A DNA stretch of 64,000 bases from Okamejei kenojei (taxonomy: Eukaryota): NCBI GenBank assembly GCA_035221665.1, contig CM069137.1, positions 81,158,001-81,222,000 of the forward strand, given 5' to 3'. Below the pieces are notes generated by a model. That model had not been told where the DNA came from, searched no databases, and saw only the letters and a program-made list of their open reading frames with translations. The translations under genes were made by a program, and so were the position numbers. Positions 51,526-64,000 of this stretch are shown here, piece by piece; the stretch's first letter is position 1, and the number at the start of each line of letters is the position of its first letter.

Positions 51526-52327
51526 TTTATTTTCTAAATTTCATTTGTAATTTCCCCCTGGGACAGAGGGGTTATTACTGTTTTTGTTTATTATTATTTA
51601 AAAAATGTTTATTGGATTATTCGAAGCAATGTTCAATACATTATTTATTCACTACTGTGTCAACTGAAGCAGTGTGTTGTATGGAATGGATCTACGGCAT
51701 GAAATCACAGAGCTTTTAAATCTTCACGTAGCGACTCAAGTGTCTCCGAAGTAAAATAGTAAGATTAAGCGAGAACTTACCAGTTTGAAGTTTGATCTTT
51801 ATTTTATGAGGAGTTACGATGAGGGATTACGTGCCCTCCGCTCCCAGCCCTCATAATCGCAAGGATCATCTGGTAGTTCTAGTCTTCTGAGTCTTACTAT
51901 ATCACTTCGACTATAGTTTCTGTGTTTTCACACCGCTGCTTTGAAGTATGACGCGCATGCGCATGGCGGGGCTTCTTCACGTAATCCCTCATCGTAACTT
52001 CTCATAAAATAAAGATCAAACTTCAAACTGGTAAGTTCTCATTTAATCTTACTATTTTCTGTTACAATGACGGGTGCACGCCATAACATAATCAATGAAG
52101 AGTGCTGTCACTGCTGCGTTCCATGTCTCTACTTTTAGGCTTTGTCTGCAGTTCCCTGTCACTACATTAACGCAATCCACATCCCTCTTTACTCATTATT
52201 AGCCCATTATTATTTCACCCATGACAGCAACCAATGCGCTTCACTGTAGAATAATGTTGTGGTTAGTACCCCATAATAAAGGAATGTGCTGTACACCAGT
52301 AAAATATGCATTAGAATATTTGGTGAG

Positions 52328-52730
52328 CTTCTCCATGGATTGTCACCTTGTCGTGGTGGAGAAGCTTGTGTGGACCTGAGATCCTGAGAGCGATGCTGTC
52401 TGGAGCTATGCTCCTGGTAGGGCCACCCATGGCGGTAAGGTCGAGGGGACGTCTCTGACAAAGAGCAATTCAACCAAGACCTCAATGGTGGAACAGGCGG
52501 AGGACGATGGCTGACCTTAGTGGAGCGTCGCAACGGCTGGGAAGGCAGATGATGGCTGCAGCAGAAATTGGTCTCCGGTGGTCTTGGACTCCATGCTACT
52601 GGATCCTGATCCAGATCTGTCAAGGACCATGGGGTGGCTGTCTGTGCAGGGTGTCATCCATACAGGGAATAGCACCCTGGAGACACCCATGGTCAGCCAT
52701 GACCAAAGGGGGCGTAAGATTTGGTGACAT
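52328..52730 (+). mobile_element. RTE-clade LINE 5'UTR-derived fragment
   Basis: caccttgtcgtggtggagaagcttgtgtg..gctatgctcctggtagggccacccatggcggtaaggtc..gacaaagagc matches the conserved RTE/Expander 5'UTR motif from memory. Confidence 0.65.
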
Positions 52731-52769
52731 GTCAAATGTCCTGAGACAATCGTTGTATTGGTGAGCTTG

Positions 52770-53720
52770 CTTTGTGACTATACTGGGCCAAGGATGGATC
52801 TTCAGAGATATGTAAGTCCAGGAACTTGAAGTTGGTGATGCTCTCCACTACCATTCCTTTGATAAAGACAGGTGCATTGTCCCTCGGCTTTCCCTGTGTA
52901 AAGTCAACAATCTGCTCCTTGGCCCTGCTCACGTTAAGGGAAAGATTGTCGTTCTGGCAAAACTCTACCAGATTGATGATTCATTATCGTGTAGTCTGAT
53001 TCATCATTGCCTATTACTCATCCATTGATGGTGGTATTGATGGTGAATTTAAACATGGAATTGGAGCTGTGTCTGGCCACACAGTCATGGGTACAGAGAG
53101 ATTTGATCTGGGGACAATGAACAAAGCCTTGAGGTGCCCCAGTGCTGTTGGTCAGCATGTAGAAGGTATGGTTGACAGTTTACATTGACTGAGGGTTGTA
53201 ACTGAGGACGTTGAGGATCCAGTTGCATATAGAGGAGCAGGCAACATGGTGGGAGTGTCCCAGCAAGCATACCTGCCTCGCCGCCATGGACTGGGCATCC
53301 GCTCACCGCGGACTACGAACTCGGCCTCAAGCCATAGGCGTCGACAGAAACCAGCGAGCGAGGTGGACCATCAAGAGTGTCGAGAGCGAGGTGGTCCGTT
53401 GAATACAATGAGGGGATCCAGGTGGGGGGGGGGAGGATGGGGTGGGGGGGTGGTGATGCGGGGAGAAGGAGGGGGGGCGGGGAGGAAATGCCATCGAATC
53501 ATTGAGAGACCCAGTTCCTTTACTTGACAATGAGATTGGTGTTGAACACTGAGCTCTAGTCAATGAACAATGGCCTGATGGACATACCCTTGCTGTTCAA
53601 TTGGCCCAGCGCAGTGTGGAGCTCGTATCTATTCTTAAGCAGTTGTGGCTTTAAATGAATAGAAATGGGCCCAGGTCATTATTGAGGCAGGAGTTGATTT
53701 GCATCATGACCAACTGCTCA
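52770..53720 (-). mobile_element. Rex1-like LINE RT fragments
   Basis: KEQIVDF..PVFIKG.VVESITNFKFLDLHISED and upstream RT-like pieces. Confidence 0.65.
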
Positions 53721-54419
53721 AAGCACATCGCCACCTTTAAGTTAACTTTATTAAGTTGGCCTAATCCTTTTCCAGTAAGGTACTGAGTTTGGCTATTTTA
53801 CATACTTTCCCTATTTCTTTTTCATTCCTGGAAAATTCCACCTTCAGTTCCCCATGGCTGGTGCTTGGCAAGTCCAAGTAAGCTGTATTATAATTAAACT
53901 ACCTGATAAATCGCTGCCTGTCTATCTCATCTCCAAGCTGCTGAAAATTTCTCTTCTGTCACCGATAGCCCCTTTTATCTTCGTTTCTCTGATCTATCAC
54001 CGCCTTTCTCTCTTTTCTTACAGAATGTTCTTCTATTGAATTCATTCATTCTTAATTCCTCATACCTAGCCTTCCATTTATCCCTATAATTTACTGATAT
54101 TTGCAATTTTTTTAGTTTGTTTCTCATGTTCCTCTCATGTAGCTTGCTGCCCTTCCATTACTGCAAACATTACCACAGCACAATATAATTTAATATATTT
54201 TAAATGTTTTATCATCAGCTTGCTGGAGACTGAGTACAGGCATTCCCGACGGAGTGTTACAGACTGTCTCATTATTCTTTTTCTGGGCACTTTAGCGCTC
54301 TGTTTCACAAGACAACTTCCCACAGTAAACCGCTCTGTTCCCATTTCTCACCTGTTGAGTTACTCAAGCACTTGGTGTTCTACACAAGATTCCCGCACCA
54401 GCAGTTCCTTGTGTCTCAT

Positions 54420-54910
54420 AAGTTCATAAGCTCATAAGTTATAGGAGAAAAATTACACCATTCAGTCCATCAAGTCTACTCTGCCATTCAATCAAGGCTG
54501 ATCTATCTTTCCCCCTCAACCCCACTCTCCTGCCTTCTCCCCATAACCCCTGACTCCCTTACTAATCAAGAATCTGTCAATCTCCACTTTAAAAATATTC
54601 ATTGACTTGGCCTCCACAGTCATCTGTGGCAATGAATTCCACAGATTCACCACCTCCTTATCTCCTTTATAAAGGTATGTCCTTTTATTTTCAGGCTGTG
54701 GCCTCTGGTCCTAGACTCTCCCACCAGTGGAAGCATCCTCTCCATATTCACTATTCAAGCCTTTCATTATTCGGTAAGTTTCAATGAGGTCTCCTCATCC
54801 TTCTAAACTCCAGCAAGTACAGGCCCAGTACCATTAAACACTCATCATATGTTAACTCAATCATTCCTGGGATCATTCTAATTAACCTCCTCTGGACCCT
54901 CTCCAAAACC
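54420..54910 (-). mobile_element. CR1 LINE 3' end
   Basis: LERVQRRLIRMIPGM.ELTYDE.L..LGLY.LEFRRMR; TCATAAG tail repeats. Confidence 0.8.
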
Positions 54911-55649
54911 ACTCTCTTATCTAGGGGCATTCCCATAATTGCAATGGCTCTGATGCTTTTCAGTTCATTAATACAACTGTTCGTATTGTTCATACAAATC
55001 TTAACTAGCTGAGCCCTGCCATGGTTTCCAATTACAGTAACAAATTCCAAAGAGAAAAATTGTTTTAAAATAATCAAGTGCTCAAAGCCATGTAAACTAA
55101 TTGATCTGTTGTTCCACCTCCTCAATTAAGCTAAGGTTACAGATATTACCTGATCTCGGATGCTCAATCTTCACAGGTTTCCTGTGGAGTGTGTGTGTTG
55201 ATTGAAGGACTTGGAGAGCTTTTGGCCATTTCATATACAATCAAACAGCAGGCTGCTGCAAACAAGAAAGCTTACTCACACTCTTGGTCTCTTAAAAATT
55301 CTCTTTTGAATTCTTAAAAAGGATTTTAAGAATGAATGTGAATGCCACGTTCAATAACACTAAAACACTAACTTATAGATGTATGTGATTATGCTAAGTG
55401 CTGCTATATAATCACAACCCCCACAATTTTGACAATTTTAACATTGTAAGGATCACTCTAATAAAGGTCTTTTAATATTGTGCATAATTTCAATCTCCTG
55501 AACCATAATAATTTTTTTTTTCAATACATGCAAAAATCACATTAAAACAAACAAAACATTTCCAGGATAAATAACTAATTTCAAAGATATATTGTCCTTA
55601 AGGGACCAACCCTCGAAAGCATCCCATCAGTAGTGGACTGAAATATCTA

Positions 55650-57273
55650 CAGTGGCTTGCAAAAGTATTCATACCCCTTGAACTTTTCCACATTTTGTCA
55701 CGTTACAACCACAAACGTAAATGTATTTTATTGGGATTTTATGCGATAGACCTACACAAAGTGGTGCATAATTGTGAAGTGGAAGGAAAATGATACATGC
55801 TTTTCAAATTGTTTTACAAATAAAAAACTGAAAAGTGTGGCGTGCAAAAGTATTCAGCCCCCTTTACTCTGATACACCTAAATAAAACCCAGTGCAACCA
55901 ATTGCCTTCAGAAGTCACCTAATTAGTAAATAGAGTCCACTTGTGTGTAATCTAATCTCAGTATAAATACAGCTGTTCTGTGAAGGCCTCAGAGGTATGT
56001 TAGAGAACATTAGTGAACAAACAATGTTCCTTGGGCATCATGAAGCCCAAGGAACACACCAGACAGGTCAGGGATAAAGTTGTGGAGAAGTTTGAAGCAG
56101 GGTGAGGTTATAAAAAAAATCCCAAGCTTTGAACATCTCACGGAGCACTGTTCAATCCATCATCCGAAAATGGAAAGAGTATGGCACAACTGCAAACCTA
56201 CCAAGACATGGCGGTCCACCTAAACTGACAGGCCGGGCAAGGAGAGCATTGATCAGAGAAGCAGCCAAGAGGCCCATGGTAACTCTGGAGGAGCTGCAAA
56301 GATCCACAGCTCAGGTGGGAGAATCTGTCCACAGGACAACTATTAGTCGTGCACTCCACAAATCGGGCCTTTATGGAAGAGTGGCAAAAAGAAAGCCATT
56401 GTTGAAACAAAGCCATAAGAAGTCCCGTTTGCAGTTTGCCACAAGCCATGTGGGGGACACAGGAAACATGTGGAGGAAGGTGCTCTGGTCTGATGAGACC
56501 AAAATTGAAGTTTTTGGCCTAAATGCAGAACGCTATGTATGGCAGAAAACTAACAATGCACATCACCCTGAACACACCATCCCCACTTTGAAACATGGTG
56601 GTGGCAGCATCATGCTGTGGGGATGCTTTTCTTCAGCAGGGACAGGGAAGCTGGTCAGAGTTGATGGGAAGATGGATGGAGCCAAATACAGGGCATCTTG
56701 GAAGAAAACCTGTTAGAGTCTGCAAAAGACTTGAGACTGGAGCGGAGGTTCACCTTCCAGCAGGACAACGACCCTAGACATACAGCCAGAGTTAAAATGG
56801 AATGGTTTAGATCAAAGCATATTCATGTGTTAGAATGGCCTAGTCAAAGTCCAGACCTAAATTCAATTGAGAATCTCTGGCAAACTTGAAAATTGCTGTT
56901 CACAGACGCTCTCCATCCAATCTGACTGAGCTTGAGCTATTTTACAAAGAAGAATGGGCAAAAATTTCAGTTTCTAGATGTGCAAAGCTGGTAGAGACAT
57001 ACCCCAACAGATTTGCAGCTGTAATTGCAGCGAAAGGTAGTTCTACAAAGTATTGACTCAGGAGGGCTGAATACTTTTGCACGCCACACTTTTCAGTTTT
57101 TTATTTGTAATACAATTTGGAAACCATGTATCATTTTCCTTCCACTTCACGATTATGCACCGCTTTGTGTTGGTCGATGACATAAAATCCCAATAAAAAA
57201 CATTTACGTTTGTGGTTGTAACGTGACAAATGTGGAAAAGTTCAAGGGGTATGAATACTTTTGCAAGCCACTG
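55650..57273 (+). mobile_element. Tc1/mariner DD34E transposon, Passport-like, full length (1624 bp)
   Basis: TA TSDs; ~210-bp TIRs starting CAGTGGCTTGCAAAAGTATTCATACCCC with an internal direct repeat (gcaaaagtattcagcccc). Confidence 0.97.
56040..57056 (+). pseudogene. Tc1 transposase, disrupted (TGA at ~56103 and frameshifts)
   Basis: MKPKEHTRQVRDKVVEKFEAG*GYKK; WSDETK; QQDNDPRH; [15 protein letters not shown]; ends STKY*. Confidence 0.93.
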
Positions 57274-57744
57274 TATATCTCTACCTCAGCCATTTATCAT
57301 AGAGTCATAGAGTGATACAGTGGGGAAACAGGCCCTTCGGCCCAACTTGCCCACACCGGCCAACGTCCCAGCTACACTAGTCCCACCTGCCTGGGCTTGG
57401 TCCATATCCCTCCAAACCTGTCCTATCCACTATATTTGATTTATTTCTCCCCCATCCTAATCCATTTTAACCTCCTTTTTCTTCACAGATCTTTTGCAAT
57501 TTCACTCAATTCTTTAGTTACCTCAAATGTCCTTTTCAGGAAATCTTCAAACATTTTCCAATTCACCCAAAGCATCTGCTGACCCTTAAAGTGGTGATGC
57601 ACAAGAATGCTGGAAGACATTAACTATGCAAATACATAGATTTAAATATCCACAAATCAACCAAAACTCTAGCAACCTCCAATTCCCATTAGCATTTAAA
57701 AATTGTGAGACATCCTGACCCCTTGCTTGGTTGCAGTCAGTGTG

Positions 57745-57800
57745 ACCTACATTCCCTGGCAGAGTGACCTGGTTTCTCACGATTAAAACACATACTTTCT
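57745..57800 (-). mobile_element. Degenerate Gag CCHC zinc knuckle of an ancient LTR element
   Basis: Minus strand TGT TTT AAT CGT GAG AAA CCA GGT CAC TCT GCC AGG GAA TGT AGG = CFN(R)EKPGHSARECR (second Cys changed to Arg). Confidence 0.6.
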
Positions 57801-59333
57801 GTCCATTCTTTCACTGTTCCCTCATTTCTCCACGCTACAGCTGACACCTCCGCCTCTTCTTTCTTTAATTATATCCAAGTCTTATGCTGCGACTCCTCTT
57901 TTCATTAACCCTTAGCCTAATGTACAAACACCCTGTATTTATCTTCACTCCAGCTAGCTATGTGTTGTAATCTAAACACTTCCATAATCTAATTTTTATA
58001 TTTTCAAACACAACCTCATCTTCAGTTATTTTACTACTAAATTGGCCCAATTTCCTGTAATCTTTTTTCCAGTATTTCAGGTTCTTAACTTTACCATTTC
58101 GCAAACTTTCCCCATTTTCTAATGATTCCTGGAGATTCCTTCTTCATATGTTCATGTCACAGGAGCAGAAGTAGGGCCATTCGGTCCATCAAGTCTATTC
58201 TGCCATTCAATCATGGCTGATCTATCTTTCTCTCTCAACCCTATTGTCAAGCCTTCTCCCAATAACCTTTGGCATGCAAACTAATTAAGAATCTGTCAAT
58301 CTCCCCTTTAAAAATACCCCGTGACCTGGCCTCCACTGCCATCTGTGGCAATAACGTTCACAGATTGACCACGTTCTGGCGAAATAAATTCATCCTGATC
58401 TCCTTTCTAAAGATACATCCTTTTATTCTGAGGCTGTGCCCTCTTGTCCTAAACTCTCCCACTACCAGCAGCCAATATATCATCTGCGATAGACACAAAA
58501 AACTAGAGCAACTCAGCGGATCAGGCAGCGAGACACAAGGATCTCTGGAGAAAAGGAATAGGTGATGTTTTGCGTCAAGACCCTTCTTCAGATTGATATT
58601 CAGGGAAAAGGGAAATGAGAGATATAGAAGGTGCAATGAGTGGGGTAAAACATAAATTAGAGGAACAGCCTCATATTTTGCTTAGGCAGCTTACGATCCA
58701 GCGATATGAATATTGATTTCTCTAACTTCAAGTAATCCTGGCATGCCCTCTCTCTCCGTCCCTCCCCCACCCGAGTCATGGTACAAGTCTCATAGTCACC
58801 CTGTTGAGTTTCACTGTCTGCATAACTCATTTTCACCCACCCCACAGCCAACAAGGGACCATTGTGGGCTCCAATCTTCCTTGATCATTGTTGCTTTTTG
58901 CATATCTTTCATTCATTTGTCCTATATACCCTCGTTTCCCTTTCCCCTGAAGAAGGATCTCAACCCGAAACATCACCTATTGCCTTTTTCCAGAGATGCT
59001 GCCAGACCCGCTGAGTTACTCCAGCTTGTGAAAGGCGTTGTATCTTCTGAATCTTTCCCCTTATCCAAGCCATGCACCACTGTGAGAACATAAAAATAGA
59101 TTCTTGCCCATTCAGCTTTTCCTTAGCTTTAACTTGCCCTGCAGTATGTAACGTAAATCAGAAGGACTCAACGAAGTAGAAAGTAAAGCGTGCCAACAAG
59201 TTAGAGAAATGTGCGCTCTCACTTCAACTAACAGTAACACCAAAGTACTTTTATCAGCTTGTTTTACACGTCAGGATATAAACTAGACAGCCCCAGGAAA
59301 TTCTGCTTTGCTTTCCTTTCCTATAAATGATAA

Positions 59334-59899
59334 AGGGCCTGTCACACCAGCATGCGACTCCATGCGGTGAGCGCGATCAAACTAGAAGCGAGGGACGCGC
59401 GGAGGTCGGGTGATCCCTGTACAGGGCCGTTCCCAACAGCATGCGCCTGCATGCAAAGAGCGCAACCAAACCGGCAGCGGGGGCCGCGCGGAGGTGGGGT
59501 GAGTGGTGCAACGCAGCGCAAAGTGAGGCGAACTTGGAGCACAGTCTGAAAGGTAAATTCGCCAGGACAGAGAGGGACACACAGAGAGGGGCACAGGCAC
59601 ACACAGAGAGGGTCATGGAGCCACACACAGAGAGGGTCACGGAGGCACCTACAGAGAGGGTCATGGAGGCACAACATCGAGGCGGTGCGTAACGCGTCGA
59701 GGCGACTGCGAGCCGACAAGCCTTTGCCGCGCGGAATTTTTGAACATGGTCAGTTTTTTGGAGCCCCGCGCGATGTCGGGACGAACTCCGCACAACTCCG
59801 GCGATCGAAGTTAGACCGGCCCCGCGACACCGGACGGTTCAAGCGACCATGTTAGGTCGCGCTCATCGCATGGAGTTGCATGCTGGTGGGACAGGCCCT
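59334..59899. mobile_element. PIF/Harbinger-type MITE with internal ~24-bp VNTR
   Basis: TIRs AGGGCCTGTC(A/C)CACCAGCATGC, TAA TSD; cacacagagagggtcatggag repeats at ~59565-59670; ends shared with the 29951 copy. Confidence 0.88.
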
Positions 59900-60877
59900 T
59901 AACGGGTTTACACTTGTTAATCAGGGGGGATGGTGGTTAAGGAGTCCATAAGATAATACACGAAGTCCATACTATATGATAAATCAACAGGCTACTTTCA
60001 TGGCATATTGATTACAGATTGAAGCTAGAGTTAACAGTGCTGATCAGCATTCTATCCAACCAAAGTGGGTAAATCTGGATGAAGTTCCCAAACTGGTTAA
60101 AAAAATTAGCATTCTTGAAATAGTGAAAGTGGTCTCTTCTGAACATTGTTGCAAACTACCGACTCCTGCTCCAACAAGTACTACTACAGTTATTTAGTCT
60201 CAACTAATTTAGGTCCTTCTTCTGGTCCCTTTACTTCAGCAACCTTCACCAATTGTCACAAAAATGTTAACAAAGTCATTAGGAATGAGACACACTTTTT
60301 AATATTTACTGAGTGATTTAAAATTACAGCATGGAATCTGGCCCTTCGGACCATTGAATCCACACTGTTCACGCTAGTTCTATGTTATCCCACTTTTTCA
60401 TGCACTGCCTACACATTACAGAGGTCAAGTAACCTACAAGCCCGCACGTCTTTGGGATGTGGGAGAAAACTGGAGCCCCTGGTGGAAATCCATGCAGTCA
60501 TGGGGGGAACATGGAAATTCCACACAAGGAGCACCTGAGGTCAGAATCGAACCTGGGTTCTGGTGCAGTGAGACAACGGCTCTACCTGCTGTGCCACTAT
60601 GCAACCCTTAGAGTCTACAAATGCCAAAATACTCTTCACAACTATTTTACGTCTATCTTCAAAGAAAAATTGTTTAGTTTAATTTAGTTTAGAGACAGAG
60701 CATGGAAACAGGCTCTTCAGCACACCGAGACCACACCAACTTTCGATCACCTGTATGCACACTAGTACTATGTTACCCCGCTTTCGCATCCTACACACTG
60801 GGGACAATTTAGAGAAGCCAATTAACCTACAAACCTGGACATCTTTGGAATGTAGGAAGAAATGGGAACATCCAGAG

Positions 60878-61217
60878 CATGCGGCCTTCTGAGCTATTAA
60901 GTGCGGCCTTTTGAATGAATCCAAATTTTGTAGAACAAATCCTTTTATTTTTATTAATATGTTTTTGTTCTCTTTTATTATTTTTATTTTAATCTTAAAA
61001 TGAACGTATTTAAAATACCAAAGAGTAAACAAAGCTTCAACGAAATAATCCTCCCCGACTGATGGCCACAATTAAAACATTAGTAAGTCATGAGGGCTAT
61101 TTTAACAAAAAAATGTAGATTTTGAAGTATATATGATTGAAGTATCTTGGATGTGGCCTTATTGGATTACAGCTAACTTAATGCGACATTCCAACATGAA
61201 AAGGTTCCCCACCCCTA
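60878..61217. mobile_element. hAT-type MITE inserted in a HE1 SINE
   Basis: Right TIR AGGTTCCCCACCCCTA; left TIR mostly deleted; 8-bp TSD atccagag / atccatag; the SINE continues on both sides. Confidence 0.7.
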
Positions 61218-62279
61218 ATCCATAGAAAACCCATACAGTCACAGGGAGAGCGTATAAACTCCATACACACAGCACCCATAGTCTGGATCGAATCCAAGTC
61301 TCTGGTGCTGTAAGGTAGTAACTTTACCGCTGGTTTTGCTATTTTATATTGTTATTGTTGTGGCACAGACACACACATTTCTTGATTAGTACGGGTGTCT
61401 AATACGGGAGAATGGGGTTTATAGGGAGAAAGATCAGCCATGATTGAATGGCGGAGTAGATGGGCCGAATGGCCTAATTATGAACATATGAACATTTTCT
61501 AGTTTTCATCGCTGTGAAGCCATTTGGGATGGTTCAAACACTGCAAGCGCTATATGAATGCAGGTTATTGTTGCTGTAGAGGCTAGAGCATCCAAGGTTT
61601 TGTTTTAATAAGATTGCGTTTAACAGCTCAAACGTGGGATTTAGTGTCCAACCAAAAATAAATTCAAGTCAGGATGTTGAGGCGATTAAGGTGACAGATA
61701 TGATCAACAGATGATTTATGAGGAGAGACAAAGCACCATTTCCACATTTAATAAAATCCACCACAAGAACTTGCAATTATAAAGTATTTAAATGTCATAA
61801 ATATCACATCATTTCACAGGAGTGACATCTGCCTATCTAATAGGGCAGCGCAGTGGAGCAAGGCTGCCTCTTGGCTCCAGAGTCGCAAGTTCAATCCTGA
61901 CCTCCGGAGTTGTCTGAGTGCAGTCTGAACTTTCTCCTGCAGTCTGATCACATTTCACTGTGCCAACTGGCACATGTGACAAATAAATGTATCTTGTATC
62001 TTGTATCTCCACGTGACCATGTAGATTCCCTCCACAGCTCCACATCTTAAATACATGCAGACTGGCCACCGTTACGTACCCCTAGTGGGTAGGTAAGTGG
62101 TCGAACCTAGTCTGAGGACAATGAAATGAGATTATGGTGGGATTGGCGTAAATGTGAGCTTTGTGGTCGACCCAGACTAGTTGGCTGAAGGACCTGCTCC
62201 TGCACTGTGTGATTCGATGACTCCATAGCTTGCGCAGCCATCAGATGCCTTTCCATGAGCACGCCGATTATTGACCACA

Positions 62280-62770
62280 GTACAGTCCTTGGAGTGCACG
62301 AGGATGAGGGATGATCTTATAGAGATGCATAAGATCATGAGAGGAATAGATAGGGTGAATGCACGGAGTAGGGAAATCGAGAACCAGAGGACATAGGTTT
62401 AAGGTGAGGGGGGATTGATTTAATAAGAAACTGAGTGGCAACTTTTTTACACAAACGTTTATAGGTATATGGAACGAGTTGCCAGAGGAAGTAGTTGACA
62501 ATATTTAAGAAACATTTAGAAATGTACCTAGATAGGATAGGTTAAGAGGGATATGGCCCAAATGCAGACAGGTGGGCCCAAATGCAGACAGGTGGGACCA
62601 AATGCAGACAGGGTGTTATAGTTGTGGAGTTCTATAGTCATACAGCATGGAAACAGGCCTTTTAATCCAACTTGCCCATGTCGACCAACATGTCCCATCA
62701 GTGTAGATGGGATGATGGTTGGCTAGGGCAAATTGGGTTGAAGGGTCTGTTTCAATGCTGTATGACTGTA
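62280..62770 (+). mobile_element. CR1 3' end with a 20-bp tandem repeat x3
   Basis: RMRDDLIEMHKIMRGIDRV..; ccaaatgcagacaggtgggc repeats at ~62558-62612. Confidence 0.7.
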
Positions 62771-64000
62771 GGAATCTATGTCTCTAGCACCCTCAATTGT
62801 GGGAGCTAAGACTATCCCCACTGTCAGTGTAAGAAATGTCAAGGAGATTAATAACTTAACTGATAAGCTAGGAGGCTCACATATTGAATGTTCATACTCT
62901 TTTGGGATCTTATTAGTGCCAGCCAGGCCAGGAGTCGAATCACCTGTGAGGGTGAAGAACAATCTCAGAGGTGTGGTTGGCATCAGGCTAACGTATTGAC
63001 AAATTTGAATTTGTTTGACAAATAAAGCTAACGTTTTCTGGAGAGTAATCAAGGTCACGAGAGCAATAGAGGCTGCAGGTGAATTCAGTGGGATCGGTTA
63101 AGAGGTATTTTTAGCTGCAGTAGGTTAAGGTCAAATGATTCAGGAAACTGCACAAAAGGCTGCAATGCAGGACTGTGTCAGATACAGCAACCTGCGGAGT
63201 TAACAGATTTCCTGCCAACTAGAATTCTGCTTTAGACAAATATTTCACAGACCCTGCATATTTTGATGAATGTCTGAACCACAGAATTATTATTATCATA
63301 CTCCAAAACATTTGACAATAGCTGCAAATTTTGATCTTTTCTTATTTGCATCTGAACTGCAGTGGGAATTATTAAAGTGTGATATTAATCATGGACATTT
63401 TGGAATTGTGCTTCTTCCTGTAACTGTGTCCCAGCATGTCGCTGCATTCTAATTACTTCTTGTTTGCTCTTTATTTCTTTCAGTGCACGCTTCCCACACT
63501 TCATCTTGTCATCACAAAGGCGATGCCCTTTCTCACTCTATCTGGCGTCCCGGCATAGATCCACAGTAAATCCACACCATGAGATTTCAACTCCGATACT
63601 AAAAGGGATGCATGCAGATTGAAGGAATTGGGAGTGGAAGAGAAGCTGACGCCAGAGTGAGTTGTGCTATGTTTACACGTCCTCTATGGACATCTGCTGG
63701 GAGTTCCGAGGATTCAGAGGAATTATTGTTCCCTAGCAACGAGAGGAAGCAGCCAGATGTAACTAGGTTATACGGTCATAAGGTCATAAGTGATAGGAGT
63801 AAAATTAGGCCATTCGGCCCATCAAGTCTACTCCGCCATTTAATCATGGCTGATCTATCTCTTCTTCCTAACCCCGTCCTCCTGCCATCTCCCCATAACC
63901 TCTGACACCCGTACTAATCAAGAATCTATCTATCTCTGCCTTCAAAATATCCACTGACTTGGCCTCCACAGCCTTCTGTGGCAACTACCAAGAAGGCCTG

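Larger units (their letters stand above)
48580..52058 (+). mobile_element. DIRS1-like tyrosine-recombinase retrotransposon, internally deleted
   Basis: Left ITR ATTTTACTTCGGAGTCACGTG..; ICR ~51721-51832 complementary to both ends; right ITR ending CTTACTATTTT; gag, RT, RNase H and YR remnants. Confidence 0.93.

Noticed and set aside
52328-52480. HDV-like ribozyme at the RTE 5' end
   Set aside because: Known for some RTE elements, but I could not assign the nested double pseudoknot by eye.

Overview
Repeat-dense vertebrate DNA. The repeat complement (HE1/V-SINEs, CR1, Penelope-derived short repeats, Rex1-like tails) points to a cartilaginous fish, probably a skate or ray; this is inference. 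I found no intact host protein-coding gene. The most unusual region is the first ~5 kb. It looks like the 3' part of a defective endogenous retrovirus (possible pol remnant, env-TM-like tail, MLV-like polypurine tract and TGAAAGA LTR start). Its interior is a mosaic of intronless host cDNA pieces: a circularly permuted ZNF276, CRACR2-family (Rab46/EFCAB4) fragments and a THBS2-like C-terminus. The rest of the window holds a DIRS1-like tyrosine-recombinase element with intact ITR/ICR architecture, a full-length Passport-like Tc1, an RTE LINE, a Tx1 LINE inserted in a SINE, eight Harbinger-type MITEs, a non-autonomous Helitron and a hAT MITE. It also holds many Penelope termini with minimal hammerhead ribozyme motifs, two collinear relics of an ancient gag-pro region and a 196-N assembly gap. 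Protein and family assignments are from remembered motifs, not database searches, and boundaries of degraded repeats are approximate.
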